This document shows positions 1 to 14,106 of a stretch of DNA of 64,000 nt, in pieces (within the stretch, counting starts at the first letter, position 1; each line of letters begins with the position of its first letter). Origin of the DNA: Eledone cirrhosa. Lineage: Eukaryota. The notes below the pieces were generated by a model that did no database searches, was not told the DNA's origin, and saw only the letters and a program-made list of their open reading frames with translations. Made by a program: the position numbers and the translations under genes. Location of the stretch: positions 20,832,001 through 20,896,000 of the forward strand of contig OZ024757.1 of the NCBI GenBank assembly GCA_964016885.1. Reading direction: 5' to 3'.

Positions 1-34
1 TCCAGGGACAGCTAAAATACTTAAAATCATGGAC

Positions 35-100
35 ACACATACATACACAGTCACGCGTGTGTGTGCGTGTGTATGTGTGTGTGTATATATTTATATTAAA

Positions 101-133
<33 letters not shown>

Positions 134-306
134 GAGACACATACACATTGACTCAGACATTCACAGGCAGACGTTCACAGGCAGACGTACACAGGCAGAC
201 GTACACATACATACACAGACATGCACATATATATACACATATAGACACATATACACATTGGCAGACATTCACAGGCACACGTACAGTACACATACATACA
301 TAGACA

Positions 307-348
<42 letters not shown>

Positions 349-508
349 CACACACACACATATACACATTGGCGCAGACATTCACAGGCAGACGTACACA
401 CACACACGCGCACACACACAGGTACACGCGCAAGGACGCATACACACACATCTACTCAGATACATACATGTGCACTCAAGCCAATAGACACACACACACA
501 GGAGATAT

Positions 509-555
<47 letters not shown>
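35..555. repeat. Compound (CA)n/(TA)n microsatellite
   Basis: Direct inspection. Confidence 0.95.
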
Positions 556-557
<2 letters not shown>

Positions 558-863
558 GTTGTAAGACTGGAAAATCAACAGGGAAACCAAGAATATAGGA
601 AAGAGGGGTGAGGGGGGAGGTAGAAGGTAAGGAAGGACAAGTGATGGGGGGGGGGGGGCAGGGGGGTAGTCGTGGTAGAGAGGGGAGGTGGGTAGAAAGG
701 GGAGGAAGACAAAAGGGAGAAGGAGGAGGAGGCAGCAACATTTAATAGGGAGTTTCTAGAGAAGGGAGAGGGATGTTGGATGTTGGACAATGGAGGTTTC
801 CATTAAACATGGAGAGAGATGGCATTCCACATGTGTTCACTGTTGCTTTTAATTGTTTTGTTT

Positions 864-2590
864 ACTACTACTACTACTACTACTGCTACTACTACTGCTA
901 CTACTACTGCTATGGCTACTACTACTACTACTACTACTACTGCTGTTGTTGTTACTGCTATGGCTACTACTACTACTGCTACTACTACTACTACTACTGC
1001 TACTACTGCTGCTGTTAATGCTATGGCTACTACTACTACTACTGCTGCTGTTACTGCTATGGCTACTACTACTGCTACTACTACTACTACAACTGCTGCT
1101 GTTGCTGCTACTACTACTGCTGCTACTACTACTACTACTACTGCTGCTTCTACTACTACTACTACTGCCGCTACTACTACTACTACTACTGCTGCTGCCA
1201 CTGCTGCTGCTGCTGCTACTACTACTACTACTATTGCTGCTGCTGCTGCTACTGCTGCTACTACTACTGCTGCTGCTACTACCTGTTTCTACTACTACTA
1301 CTACTACTACTGCTGCTGGTGTTGCTGCTGCTACTACTACTACTGCTGCCACTACTACTACTACCACCACCACCACTACTACTGTCACCACTACCACCAC
1401 CACCACTAGTACTACTGTCACCACCACTACCACCACCACCACTACTACTGTCACCACCACTACTACTGTCACCACTACCACCACCACCACTAGTACTACT
1501 GTCACCACTATTACCACCACCACCACTACTACTGTCACCACCACTACTACCACCACCACTACTACTGTCACCACCACTACTACCACCACCACTACTACTG
1601 TCACCACTACCACCACCACCACTAGTACTACAGTCACCACTACTACCACCACCACCACTAGTACTACTGTCACCACTACTACCACCACCACCACTAGTAC
1701 TACTGTCACCACTATTACCACCACCACCACTACTACTGTCACCACCACTACCACCACTACTACTACTACTGTCACCACCACTACTACTACCACCACTACT
1801 ACTGTCACCACCACTACTACTACCACCACTACTACTGTCACCACCACTACTACTACCACCACTACTACTGTCACCACCACTACCACCACCACCACTACCA
1901 CCACCACCACTAGTACTACTGTCACCACCACTACCACCACCACTACTACTACTGTCACCACCACTACCACCACCACTACTACTACCACCACTACTACTGT
2001 CACCACCACTACTACTACCACTGCTACTATTACAGCTGCTATACTGCTGCAGTCGCTGCTTCTATTGTTGCTGCTATCAATGGGTAAATATTTTGCCTAC
2101 AAAAGAAATCATCCTCACCACCACCACAACCACCACCATCTTCATCACCACCACCACCACCACAACCACCACCATCACAACCACCATCTTCATCACCACC
2201 ACCACCATCACAATCACCACCACCACCATCTTCATCACCACCACCACCACCACCATCCTCACCACCACCACCACCACCATCACAACCACCGCCAACACAA
2301 CCACCACCACCATCACCATCACAACCACCACCACCATCACCATGATCATTTCCATCACCCTGATCACCACCACCCCCATCATCATCATCATCACCACCAC
2401 CACCACCATCACAACCACCACCAACACAACCACCATCACCACCACCACCACCATCACAACCACCATCACAACCACCACCACCATCTTCATCACAACCACC
2501 ACCACCACCATCATCATCTCCCTCATCATCATCATCATCAGCAGCCTCATTATCATCATTACTATCCTTCTCCCCTTCCTCATCATAATC
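864..2590. repeat. Compound trinucleotide microsatellite (CTA/CTG/CCA then CAC/CAT)
   Basis: Direct inspection; open in several frames on both strands. Confidence 0.95.
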
Positions 2591-3321
2591 ATGTGTGCAT
2601 GTGTGTGCATGTGTGTGTATGTGCATGTGTGTGTGCATGTGTGTGTGCATGTGTGTGTATGTATGTGTGTGTGTGTATGTGTGGGTGTGTATATATGTGT
2701 GTGTGTATGTGTATATGTATGTTTGTGTATGTGTGTGTGTATATGTGTGTTTATGTATGTGTGTGTGTATATATGTATATATATATATGTGTATGTGTGT
2801 GTGTGTATATATACATGTATATATATATATATGTGCATGTGTGTGTGCATACGTGTATATATATATGTGTATGTGTGTGTGTATATATACATGTATATAT
2901 ATATATGTGTATGTGTATGTGTGTGTGTGCATACGTGTATATATATGTATGTGTATGTGTGTGTGTGTATATACATGTATATATATATGTGTGTATGTGT
3001 ATGTGTGTGTGTGCATGTGTATATATGTGTATGTGTATGTGTATATATACATGTATATATATATGTGTATGTGTGTATATACATGTATATATATATATGT
3101 GTGTGTGTGTGTGCATACATGTATATATATGTATGTGTATGTGTGTGTGTGTGTGTGTATATACATGTATATATATATATGTGTATGTGTGAGTGTGTGT
3201 GCATACGTGTATGTATGTGTATGTGTGTGTGTATATATACATATATATATATATATGTGTATGTGTGTGTGTGCATACGTGTATATATATATATGTGTAT
3301 GTGTGTGTGTGATTATACATG

Positions 3322-3361
<40 letters not shown>

Positions 3362-3425
3362 CATACGTGTATATATATGTATATGTGTGTGTTTATGTAT
3401 GTGTGTGTGTGTGTGAGAGAGAGAG
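2591..3425. repeat. (TG)n/(TA)n compound microsatellite
   Basis: Direct inspection. Confidence 0.95.
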
Positions 3426-3446
3426 AGGAGGAGGTAGTCAGTATAG

Positions 3447-3560
3447 TGGAAAGAAAGTGCAGTAGAGGAAGACAAAGGAAATATTTGACAGAAGAGTTGA
3501 GAGTGAATCTTAAAATGGTGAACAGTGGAGATGGAGTAACGGAGGCTGGACTGGAAAACA
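3447..3560 (+). mobile_element. Degenerate RTE LINE 3' fragment
   Basis: Translates VERKCSRGRQRKYLTEELRVNLK, matching VEGRRGRGRPRKTWAEVVRTDLR of the younger copies in this window. Confidence 0.6.
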
Positions 3561-3741
3561 TCATTCCGACACATGACCCACCCGAACAGGACAATGCCAT
3601 CTATACATAATAAGATGATAGGCCCCGATCGGTCACTATGGCCATGGTTATGCACCTAGAAAGTTTCCCTCTTGAGGCGGCACAAGCCTGGCAAGGTTTG
3701 TGGAAGACCAGCACCGACCCTTTCTAGTCACAGGAAGGACT

Positions 3742-4312
3742 CATAGAGGTGGTTGATAGCTTCTGTTATAAAAGGTGACATGATTAACAATGAAGGAGGG
3801 TGCTCTGAGAGCATAATAGCATAGGATGGAAAAAGTGCAGAGAGCTACTTCCACTGTTGACCACAAAAGGTTTCTCCCTATGTACAAACGAATGAACTGT
3901 ATGACACCTTTGTGTGAAGTGTGATAATGCATGATTGTGAAACGGGCTGTGATTGCAGAAGACTTGTGTAGACTGCGGTGAAGGGCAGAGCTTGGATGAG
4001 CTGAGGAAGAAGGTGAATTTAAGGGAGAATCTGAGGTGATGTGCAGGAGAGAAGACTCCATCGGTATCGAATATGTGGTACAGGTGGACAATGATCACTG
4101 GGTGAAGAAGTGCCAGGAAATGTCAGTGGAAGGGGAAGCTGAGATAGAGGTAAACCAAGAAAGACCTGGACAGATGTGGTAAGAGCTGATCTCAAATCAC
4201 TGAGACTCACAGTGGTGATGACAAAGGATCGCGACATGTTGAGAGATGCCGTGCTGAGAATGACCCATGCAAGCATCAGCAAGCAGATACAAAAATGATG
4301 AGGAGGATGATG
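3742..4312 (+). mobile_element. Old RTE LINE (family 1) 3' fragment, pseudogenised
   Basis: Colinear with the 15414-16142 copy (IEVVDSF, ELLPLLTTKGFSL, DDHWVKKCQE, RGKPRKTW) with stops and frameshifts; (ATG)-type tail. Confidence 0.85.
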
Positions 4313-4356
4313 ATAATATATATATATATATAAATATATCTATAATATATACTTAT

Positions 4357-4389
<33 letters not shown>

Positions 4390-4391
<2 letters not shown>

Positions 4392-4735
4392 CTTCGTCAT
4401 CAGCCCACAGCTTCCTGCTTCATAGTTATCCACCGCATGTGCTGGTACAGACATGTCCTTCGCTTTCCACCAGATCATCTTACCAGGGCCTTACTCTCAT
4501 TTGATGCAGCAGCTGAAGGCTTGAAGAGGCCATGTGGCCAGCCCTGCACCAGATGGCTGGCTTGATGTCGTCAAGGAAGATGACTGGAGGCTTGACATCA
4601 CCTTAGAGGATGCAGAGAAGCTGGCACAGAACTGCCAGCGATGGAGGTTGCTGGTGGACCTGGTCAGCTCTACGCACGATGATGCTTCTGGGATTGCTGG
4701 CTTAGGATAACCCTGGCCTCGTCGAACAAAAGAAG
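4390..4735 (+). mobile_element. RTE-clade LINE family 2, 3' fragment
   Basis: Translates RMCWYRHVLRFPPDHLTRALL...KRPCGQPCTRWL/DVVKED, the RLRWxGHVxR...RGRPxxRW C-terminal motif of RTE ORFs. Confidence 0.75.
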
Positions 4736-5136
4736 TTATGATATATAATTATTGATCATGGCCTCAACACTATGGAAAAGCTCATGTCTTTGACATTGCT
4801 AAAGATTCCTTTATTTGGCAAGGTTTCTACGGCTGGATGCATTTCCTTTCACCAGCCACTTCACATATATTGTCCCTACTAACAGGGAAAACACATTAAA
4901 CAAGGATGATGATATCCAATCCAATCTAGGGCCTTTTCACACTTGTTGGAGCAACCCCATCCCAGTTGGCCTCCACTGCTTTCTGTTTGGTTTTTGTGAT
5001 GTCAGGAGCAGAGTCCTACTCACCTAACTTGGCCAGATGTAAATTGGTGAGGCTATTTAACCCATATATATATATATATATATATTCATTCAAAATATTA
5101 ACAAAAATAGACATTCGTGTGATCAAGTATATTTTA

Positions 5137-5205
5137 TTATTTTATTATACATATTTCAGAGGTACTGAGCTATCTTCAACAGTACGTCCTCATCAGATAA
5201 AATAA
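5137..5205 (-). ncRNA. Type I hammerhead ribozyme motif
   Basis: TTATTTTAT-CTGATGA-GGACGTACTG..CAGTACCTCT-GAAA-TATGT-ATA-ATAAAATAA; 9-bp stem I, stem II with one C.C mismatch. Confidence 0.8.
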
Positions 5206-5425
5206 GATGATGCCTGACATACCCTGACTAAGTAGATGGTTAAAATTCTGTCATGGCAGTCATTAACCTTTAAATATATATATATATATATATATGCAAA
5301 AGTTTTATTTAAAATTGTTGGGTTACAACGAGTAAATATTTTATAACTGATATAAAGCACTCAACAAGTTTTGAAGTAGATATACGATATTAAACAAATG
5401 GAAACTATATTTATAAAACCATATT

Positions 5426-5491
5426 TATTTCATTATACATATTTCAGGGATACCATATTAAAAATATGGCATGCCTTCTTCAGATAAAATA
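5426..5491 (-). ncRNA. Type I hammerhead ribozyme motif (mirror copy)
   Basis: Reverse-complement copy of 5628-5693. Confidence 0.78.
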
Positions 5492-5627
5492 CAATATATA
5501 AGCAGTTTTATAAATAAATTTGACGTACCCTAAAATATTGATCAACTTCCAAACCAACTTTTTTATATGGAAGTTGATCAATATTTTATGGTACGTCAAA
5601 TTTATTTATAAAACTGCTTATATATTG

Positions 5628-5693
5628 TATTTTATCTGAAGAAGGCATGCTATATTTTTAATATGGTATCCCTGAAATATGTATAATGAAATA
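5628..5693 (+). ncRNA. Type I hammerhead ribozyme motif
   Basis: TATTTTAT-CTGAAGA-AGGCATGCTATATT..AATATGGTATCCCT-GAAA-TATGT-ATA-ATGAAATA. Confidence 0.8.
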
Positions 5694-6236
5694 GATATGG
5701 TTTTATAAATATAGTTTCCATTTGTTTAATATCGTATATATATATATAAATATAATTTTCCACATTTTTTATTGTTTTTCTGTAATATCTGCTCTAACAC
5801 CTGTTCTATCTTCCTCTCGCTCTCACCTATTGAATCGTACAAGTTGTGAAATTAACCGGTTTACGCACGTGGTTGGTCGAAATATCTAGAATTTGAATTC
5901 TAATCAGCGCACTAATTCTATATCGCTGTCTAATTACCTGTTGGCATTTAATGTCCGGAAAGGTTTTAGGCCCTACCATTGTTACTGTCGCACTATTTCT
6001 CGCCATGGTACTTGGGGACTGGAGCCGAATGCTACCATTCTATTGTACAGTGATTGGAGACTGATTTTCTCTAATAACTGATTTTTCCACTCACTTGTTA
6101 ATTTGTGTTTGAGATAAGTTGGAGAGTACTTATGGCGGGAGTGGAACTATTTGAATTTTGACTCCTACCGTTACGTACATTTCTGAACCAGTAGCCAATC
6201 AGTTGACGGCATTATGTTGACGCGTAGGGATTTCAG

Positions 6237-6424
6237 GGCGGTGGATTGGCAGTATCGGTAGAGAGTCGGACGCCATGCTTTCCAGCATAGTTTCGTCCCT
6301 TTACAGTCTGAGTTCAAATCCCGCCAAGGTTAACTTTGCCTTTCATCCTTACGGGGTCGATAAAATAAAGTACCAGTAATGTACTGGTAAATTGCTGGCC
6401 TTGTGCCTAAAGTAGAAACAATTA
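6237..6424 (+). mobile_element. SINE family B with 26-bp target-site duplication
   Basis: Pol III boxes TGGCAGTATCGG and GTTCAAATCC; flanked by attatgttgacgcgtagggatttcag at 6211-6236 and 6421-6446. Confidence 0.9.
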
Positions 6425-6544
6425 TGTTGACGCGTAGGGATTTCAGTTACTAATGTTTTACTGTGTTGACCGTCACATTCACTGTCGTAGCCAACACAGA
6501 CTGGAATCAAATTCTGTCGATTGATTGGTTATTGATTAGGCGAA

Positions 6545-6656
6545 ACCCACTGATGAAGCCACATGCACCGATTGTGCATTGTTGCATAATAAATGCAGAC
6601 AGTGATGCTGTGCACTCTAGTGCTGCATTAAGTGTGGCCAAAACTTGAGTACGGGT
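6545..6656 (+). ncRNA. Degenerate type I hammerhead motif
   Basis: ACCCA-CTGATGA-A-GCCACA..TGTGGC-C-AAAA-CTTGAG-TA-CGGGT; GAAA mutated to AAAA, compatible with CpG decay. Confidence 0.55.
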
Positions 6657-6799
6657 ATGGATTGAAAGTACCCATTTATGTGTGTTGTGTTAAAGCAAAT
6701 AACTATGTGTACTCTGGGATGTTTACATAACCTTACCTATTGAGTACGCTGAGATGTAACCGGTACTAGTAGTGAAACCCACGCTAGTCCTGTCAACTG

Positions 6800-7360
<561 letters not shown>

Positions 7361-7372
7361 CCTCAAACCTGA

Positions 7373-7403
<31 letters not shown>

Positions 7404-7519
7404 TGGAGAGAGAGAGATGAAAGAAGGAGTAAAATAAAGTAAGACTAGAACACCTACAGGACTTCAATTTAAAGATAACAGCAATGTAAATAAGGAGAAA
7501 AGCAAGCAAAGATATGCAT

Positions 7520-8515
7520 ATTGTTGTTGTTATAGTTGTTGTTGTCTGTGTTGTTATAGTTGTTGTTGGTGTCAGTGTTGTTATAGTTGTTGTTGTTGTC
7601 GGTGTTATAGTTGTTGTTGTTGTCACAGCTGTTGATGTTGTCACAATTGATGTTGTCAGTTGTGATGTTGTTGTGAGTGTTGTTGATGTTGTCAGTTGTT
7701 GATGTTGTCACAGTTGATGTCAGTTGTGAGTGTTGTTGATGTTGTTGTGAGTGTTGTTGATGTTGTCAGTTGTGATGTTGTCAGTGTTGTAGTTGTTGTT
7801 GTCACAGTTGAAGTTGTCAGTTGTGATGTTGTTGTGAGTGTTGTTGATGTTGTCAGTTGTTGATGTTGTCACAGTTGATGTTGTCAGTTGTGAGTGTTGT
7901 TGATGTTGTCACTGTTGTTGTTGTTGTCAGTGTTGTTATAGTTGTTGATGTTGTTGTCAGTTGTGAGTGTTGTTGATGTTGTGAGTGTTGATGTTGTTGT
8001 GAGTGTTGTTGATGTTGTCAGTTGTGATGTTGTGAATGTTGTTGATGTTGTGAGTGTTGTTGATATTGTCAGTTGTGATGTTGTTGGTAGTGTTGTTGAT
8101 GTTGTGAGTGTTGTTGATATTGTCAGTTGTGATGTTGTTGGTTGTGTTGTTGATGTTGTTGTTGTTACAGTTGATATTGTCAGTTGTGATGTAGATGTTG
8201 GTAGTGTTGTTGATATTGTCAGTTGTGATGTTGTTGGTAGTGTTGTTGATATTGTCAGTTGTGATGTTGTTGTGAGTGTTGTTGATATTGTCAGTTGTGA
8301 TGTAGATGTTGTGATGTTGTTGATGATGTTGGTAGTGTTGTTGATGTTGCTGGTAGTGTTGTTGATGTTGTCAGTTGTGATGTTGTTGGTAGTGTTGTTG
8401 ATATTGTCAGTTGTGATGTTGTTGGTAGTGTTGTTGATGTTGTCAGTTGTGATGTTGTTGGTAGTGTTGTTGATGTTGTTGTTGTTACAGTTGATATTGT
8501 CAGTTGTGATGTAGA
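7520..8515. repeat. (GTT)-derived cryptic micro/minisatellite
   Basis: Recurrent gatgttgtcagttgtgatgtt units, frame not maintained. Confidence 0.9.
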
Positions 8516-8649
8516 TGCTCTGGTGAGATAACTTAACCAGTACACAAGATATGGAGGTGATTAAAGGAGCTGATATCTAACTTAAAATCTTATTTCAGTT
8601 CAGTAACATTTTAATTAAATGATGTGATCTGGATGATAAACCAGTGTTT

Positions 8650-9370
8650 GGTGGTGGTGGGGTGGTGGTGGTGGGGATAATAGTGGTATGATGGTGGTGG
8701 TGGTGGTGGTAGTGGCGGTGGTGGGGATAATAGTGTTATGATGGTGGTGGTGGTGGTGATAATAGTGTTATGATGGTGGTGGTGGTGGTGGTTGTGGCGG
8801 TGGTGGGGATAATAGTGTTATGGTGGTGGTGGTGGTGGTAGTGGCGGTGGTGGGGATAATAGTGTTATGATGGTGGTGGTGGTGGTGACAGTGGTGGTTG
8901 TGGTGGTGGTGACAGTGGTGGTGGTGGTGTTGTAGTGGTGGTGGTGTTGTGGTGGTGGTGGTGGTGACAGTGGTGGTGGTGACAGTGGTGGTGGTGGTGA
9001 CAGTGGTGGTGGTGGTGACAGTGGTGGTGGTGGTGATAGTGATGGTGGTGACAGTGGTGGTGGTGGTGTTGTGGTGGTGACGGTGGTGGTGGTGACAGTG
9101 GTGGTGTTGTGGTGGTGGTGGTGGTGGTGGTGACAGTGGTGGTGGTGGTGTTGTGGTGGTGGTGGTGACAGTGGTGGTGTTGTGGTGGTGGTGACAGTGG
9201 TGGTGGTGGTGTTGTGGTGGTGACGGTGGTGGTGGTGGTGACATTGGTAGTGGTGGTGTTGTGGTGACAGTGGTGGTGGTGGTGGTGGTGGTGACAGTGG
9301 TGGTGTTGTGGTGGTGGTGGTGTTGTGGTGGTGGTGACAGTGGTGGTGGTGGTGACAGTGGTGGTGGTGG
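8650..9370. repeat. (GGT)n-derived microsatellite
   Basis: Direct inspection. Confidence 0.95.
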
Positions 9371-9711
9371 GAATGAACAATCAAGAGAAAGAAATAAGTG
9401 TAGGAACTGTTTTGTGTAAATATATAGAATTGGAAAATTAATTTAATTAATTAATTATTAACAAATCATTAGCTGATAGGAAATGTTTGTTGCCTGTGTC
9501 TGTCTGTCTGTCTGTCTGTTTATAGGATTTAATTTCATTGTAATTAGTATGGACTGAGAGTCTGTGTACATATATATATATATATATACATACATACATA
9601 CATACATACACAGACACACCCATATATATACACACACACATACTTATACAAACACACATACATATATATATCCACACATACACATACACAGATACACACA
9701 TACTTATACAA

Positions 9712-9752
<41 letters not shown>

Positions 9753-9830
9753 CATAGACACACACATATATATATATATATACACACACACATACTTATA
9801 CAAACACATACATATATTTATATATACATA

Positions 9831-10103
9831 GACCGGGTGATGTGTTGTTTCCTTGAGCAAGGCACTTTATTTCACATTGCTCCAGTTTACTCAGCTGTAG
9901 AAATGAGATGATAGGGACTGGGGTCCATATCATTCCACTGCAAAGTGGTCGTGCAGGCACCACGGCAAAAAAGGCACCCAGCACTCACTGTAAATGAGGT
10001 TGGTGTTAGGAAGGGCATCCAGCTGTAGAAATCAAGCCAGAATCAGTTCCTGTCCCACCCTTGCAAGCAGGGAAAAGTGAACGTAAAATGATGATGATGA
10101 TGA
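9831..10103 (+). mobile_element. SINE family A, 5'-truncated, inside a TA/CA microsatellite
   Basis: Core ccttgagcaaggcactttatttcacattgctccag, RTE-type 3' end and (ATG)n tail. Confidence 0.9.
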
Positions 10104-10388
10104 CATACACAGATACACACATATATATATATATATACACACACATACTTATACAAACACATATATATATATATATATATACATACACAGACACACACAC
10201 ACATATATATAGACACACACGTACTTATACAAACACACACATATATATATATATATACATACATAGACACACACACATATATATATATATATATACACAC
10301 ACATACTTATACAAACACACATATATATATATATATATACATAGACACACACACATATATATATATATACACACACATACTTATACAA

Positions 10389-10422
<34 letters not shown>

Positions 10423-10710
10423 ACACAGACACACACACATACATATATACACACATACTTATACAAATACACACATATATATATATATATATACATACAT
10501 ACACACACACACATATATATATATATACACACACACACATACTTATACAAACACATACATATATATATAATAAAAGACCAATAATTTTCAAAAAGCAGGT
10601 ATAATGTGGTAGAAAAATTAGGAAGGGAAATGATGACAGATAAACGAAAACAAGTTCAAAATTAAATGAAAGATTGATGTGTTCTTCCTTAGCTAGTGGT
10701 TACCATGTAA

Positions 10711-10800
10711 CAGTCGTGCCCAACCTTTGTTGCTCCATGCCCCCACCTCAACATCTAAAAAATGTTTATGTCCCCCTTTGATATAAAAACAAACTGAGTT
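10711..10800 (+). mobile_element. hAT (Charlie-like) non-autonomous DNA transposon end; related ends at 29043, 45192, 53021
   Basis: CAGTGGTTCCCAACCTTT-like terminus; internal similarity shared among 10711, 11740-11840, 29043-29290 and 45192-45440. Confidence 0.6.
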
Positions 10801-10907
10801 TTGTAAAAGTGTAATCTAAACTATAATAAAGTAAGGAGCGCGGGACTGCATACGGTTTATAATTTTTTTATCCCATTAGTAAAATAAGTTGGATTAACTT
10901 TGAATAA

Positions 10908-11300
10908 ATAATTGTTTCTACTTTTGGCATAAGGCCAGCAATTACCCAGTACATTACTGGTACTTTATTTTATCGACCCTGTAAGCATGAAAGGCAAAGT
11001 TGACCTCGGGGGGATTTGAACTCAGGATGGAAAGGGCCGTAACTATGTGTCAAAGCATGACGTCCGACCCTCTACCAATACTGCCAATCCACCGCCCTTT
11101 ACTTTGAATAAATAATTGTTTCTACTTTAGGCACAAGGCCAGCAATTACCCAGTGCATTACTGGTACTTTATTTTATCGACCCCGTAAGGATGAAAGGCA
11201 AAGTCAACCTCGGCGGGATTTGAACTCAGATCGTAAAGGGACGTAACTATGCTGGAAAGCATGGCGTCCGACCCTCTACCGATACTGTCAATCCACCGCT
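10908..11300 (-). mobile_element. Two tandem SINE family B copies
   Basis: Copies about 10908-11098 and 11113-11300; ctttgaataaataat occurs at 10899, 11102 and 11299. Confidence 0.9.
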
Positions 11301-12781
11301 TTGAATAAATAATGAATGAATATTACATAATTTATCTACTAAATTTCGTGGCTGTTCATTAAATATATTTTATAATTTATTTAAACATTCACTTCTTTAA
11401 AATTTTCAAATGTCAACACTTCCAGTGGTGATCGCTTAAATAAACATACTAATTTTCTGACACTAATTTTCTCCTAATGCAGTTTATATATATAGTCTTT
11501 TTTTTTAATGTATCATGGATTACGTTACTGATTACATAAGACAGTGTAACACAGTCTTCGTTCAATTTCTGTGTATTATATATTGTCAATTACGATTTTA
11601 TTTGATGTATCATATCTACATGTATATATACCTGCATATAATATCAATATACACACTACACATGCGAGCAGAAAACCACCCTAAGGATGGTTTTTCTGCT
11701 AGTAACTGTAATATAAAGTAAAAATCCTGTGATGCAGCGATGATCAAAATCAACTCCTAAGTGTAAGCAAACTGCTCGTAGGTGCTGCCAGATACACAAT
11801 AACATGTGTAGATGAAGTGTAACTGCAAGTTTGGTCGTATTATATCACTTTCAAATTGGCAGTAAACTAAAATAAAGATATTTATTTATAATATGCTGCA
11901 CTCATAGTGCTGTTTTGTACTTTTCAAGAATGTCTTGCTAATGTGACTTCATGTGGAACAGAGTGTTAAGAGTTAAAAAAATGACCTTATCTCTAATTCA
12001 ATGTGTGTTTGTTTTGTTTTAGTTGTTGCTTTAACATCAGCTCATCAGTGATACACTTAGAATAACATCTCAGATGGCATTGTTGTTGTGTGGTTCTTGG
12101 TTTTAAAGAATGTAATTAAAATATTGTAGCAACCTCATACTCCTCCATTATCACTACCACCATCACTGTCACCTTCACTACAACCTCCTCCCACACACAC
12201 TCCCATCACCACCACTATCACTTCTCCCCGCTCCCATCACCACCACCACCAGCACAATCTCATTCCCATTATCACCACCACCACCACCACCACCACCATC
12301 ATTACAATCTCCCCTGCTACCACCACCACCATCACCATTGTCTTCCTCCACCCCCTCCTCTCCATCATCATCGCCATCATCAACAACATCCTCTTTGCCA
12401 TTGATGACATTATATTTAAATCATTCCAAACACAGTTTATTATTTCTTTTTAAGCCAATGATAAACAGACTATAAAATGTCCATATTTAACAAAAGGGAA
12501 CCCAATTCTCTCTTCTTCACATTTTACCTTCAATTCCTCTAATATTTCACTAAATTCTAAAAGTCTTTCAAAATGAATTGTTCTTTTCTCGCTTGCTTCC
12601 ATCTCCAGAATTTTGTCAAATCTGATTGATTTTCACCTTGTCTAAATTTAATTTGATTTAATCTGGTTTAGTATAGGTATGGTTGTGAATTGGCAGAGTC
12701 ATTAAATGTCAGATAGAATGCTTTGCAGTATTTGTTTCGGCTAGGGTTGATTCTTCCTCTTTATCTCTTTCTCACTTCCAT

Positions 12782-12828
<47 letters not shown>

Positions 12829-13082
12829 CTGGAAGAAATCTGCTGTATTTAGACCTGGGCTCCACCAGTGAAACATTACCTCAAAAAGTCCTGTCAAACC
12901 CATGCTAGCATGGAAAAGTTGATGTAAAAGCAATGATAATTTAAGTTTAAAATGTCCAAGATATATTACATGTCAGTCTGTTTCTGTTTTTGTGTGTGAA
13001 TGTGTGTGTGTTGGTTGGCATTGGGTCGATTCTCCCCCCATATCTCTTTTTCACTTCCTTGCTATCATTCTCTCTCCTTCTC

Positions 13083-13810
13083 TACATTACATATCACTAG
13101 AGTACCCCTATACATTACATCACTATAGTACCCTATACATTGCATATCACTATAGTACCCCTATACATTACATATCACTATAGTACCCCTATACATTACA
13201 TATCACCATAGTACCCCTATACATTACATATCACTATACTACCCCTATACATTACATATCACTATAGTACCCCTATACATTACATATCACCATAGTACCC
13301 CTATACATTACATATCACCATACTACCCCTATACATTACATATCACCATAGTACCCCTATACATTACATAACACCATACTACCCCTATACATTACATATC
13401 ACTATACTACCCCTATACATTACATATCACCATACTACCCCTATGCATTACATATCACCATAGTACCCCCATACATTAGATATCACCATAGTACCCCCTA
13501 TACATTACATATCACTATTCTACCTATACATTACATATCACTATACTACCCCTATACATTACATATCACCATAGTACCCCCTATACATTACATATCACTA
13601 TACTACCCCTATACATTACATATCACCATAGTACCCTATACATTACATATCACCATAGTACCCTATATATTACATATCACTATCCTACCCCTATACATTA
13701 CATATCACCATACTACCCCTATACATTACATATCACCATAGTACCCCTATACATTAGATATCACTATACTACCCCTATCACCATAGTACCCCCATACATT
13801 AGATATCACA
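13083..13810. repeat. 28-bp minisatellite (catatcacYatagtacccctatacatta), about 25 copies
   Basis: Unit starts at 13143, 13171, 13199 etc. Confidence 0.95.
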
Positions 13811-13984
13811 AGGAGTGACGGGGGGAGGGGGGGTTCCTACATAATATCACAATGTCATGTTATTAGTTACAGGATATTACTGGACCAGTCAATGGTGCTC
13901 AGTATCTCCAATAAACCAGTCCCTCCCCCCCCTCTCACATCACTTTCTTCTTCCTCACTTTCCTTTCTATCCCACTCTCTCCCC

Positions 13985-14075
13985 CCTCCTCTCATGCATA
14001 CATCTCTCTCTCTCTCTCTCTCGCTCTATCTACCTACCTAGATCTCCTCCCTCACCCCCTCCTCTCATGCATACA

Positions 14076-14106
<31 letters not shown>

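Larger units (their letters stand above)
5296..5740. mobile_element. Fold-back Penelope-like pLTR remnant between (TA)n tracts
   Basis: Near-perfect inverted arms about 5381-5550 and 5569-5740, each carrying a hammerhead. Confidence 0.75.

Noticed and set aside
153-3655. Long ORFs up to 779 aa (poly-[12 protein letters not shown]), and equivalents at 7363-9384, 22072-22837, 25008-27170, 29930-30867, 51887-52647 and 56470-57405
   Set aside because: Stop-free only because they are di/trinucleotide microsatellites; open in several frames on both strands
7469-8580. Asn/Thr-rich minus-strand reading as a possible exon
   Set aside because: Frame is broken repeatedly within the repeat
12520-12640. 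Protein-like minus-strand reading FDKILEMEASEKRTIHFERLLEFSEILEELK before a GT
   Set aside because: No pyrimidine-rich acceptor, stop just upstream in frame, no recognisable homology; cannot be supported without RNA data
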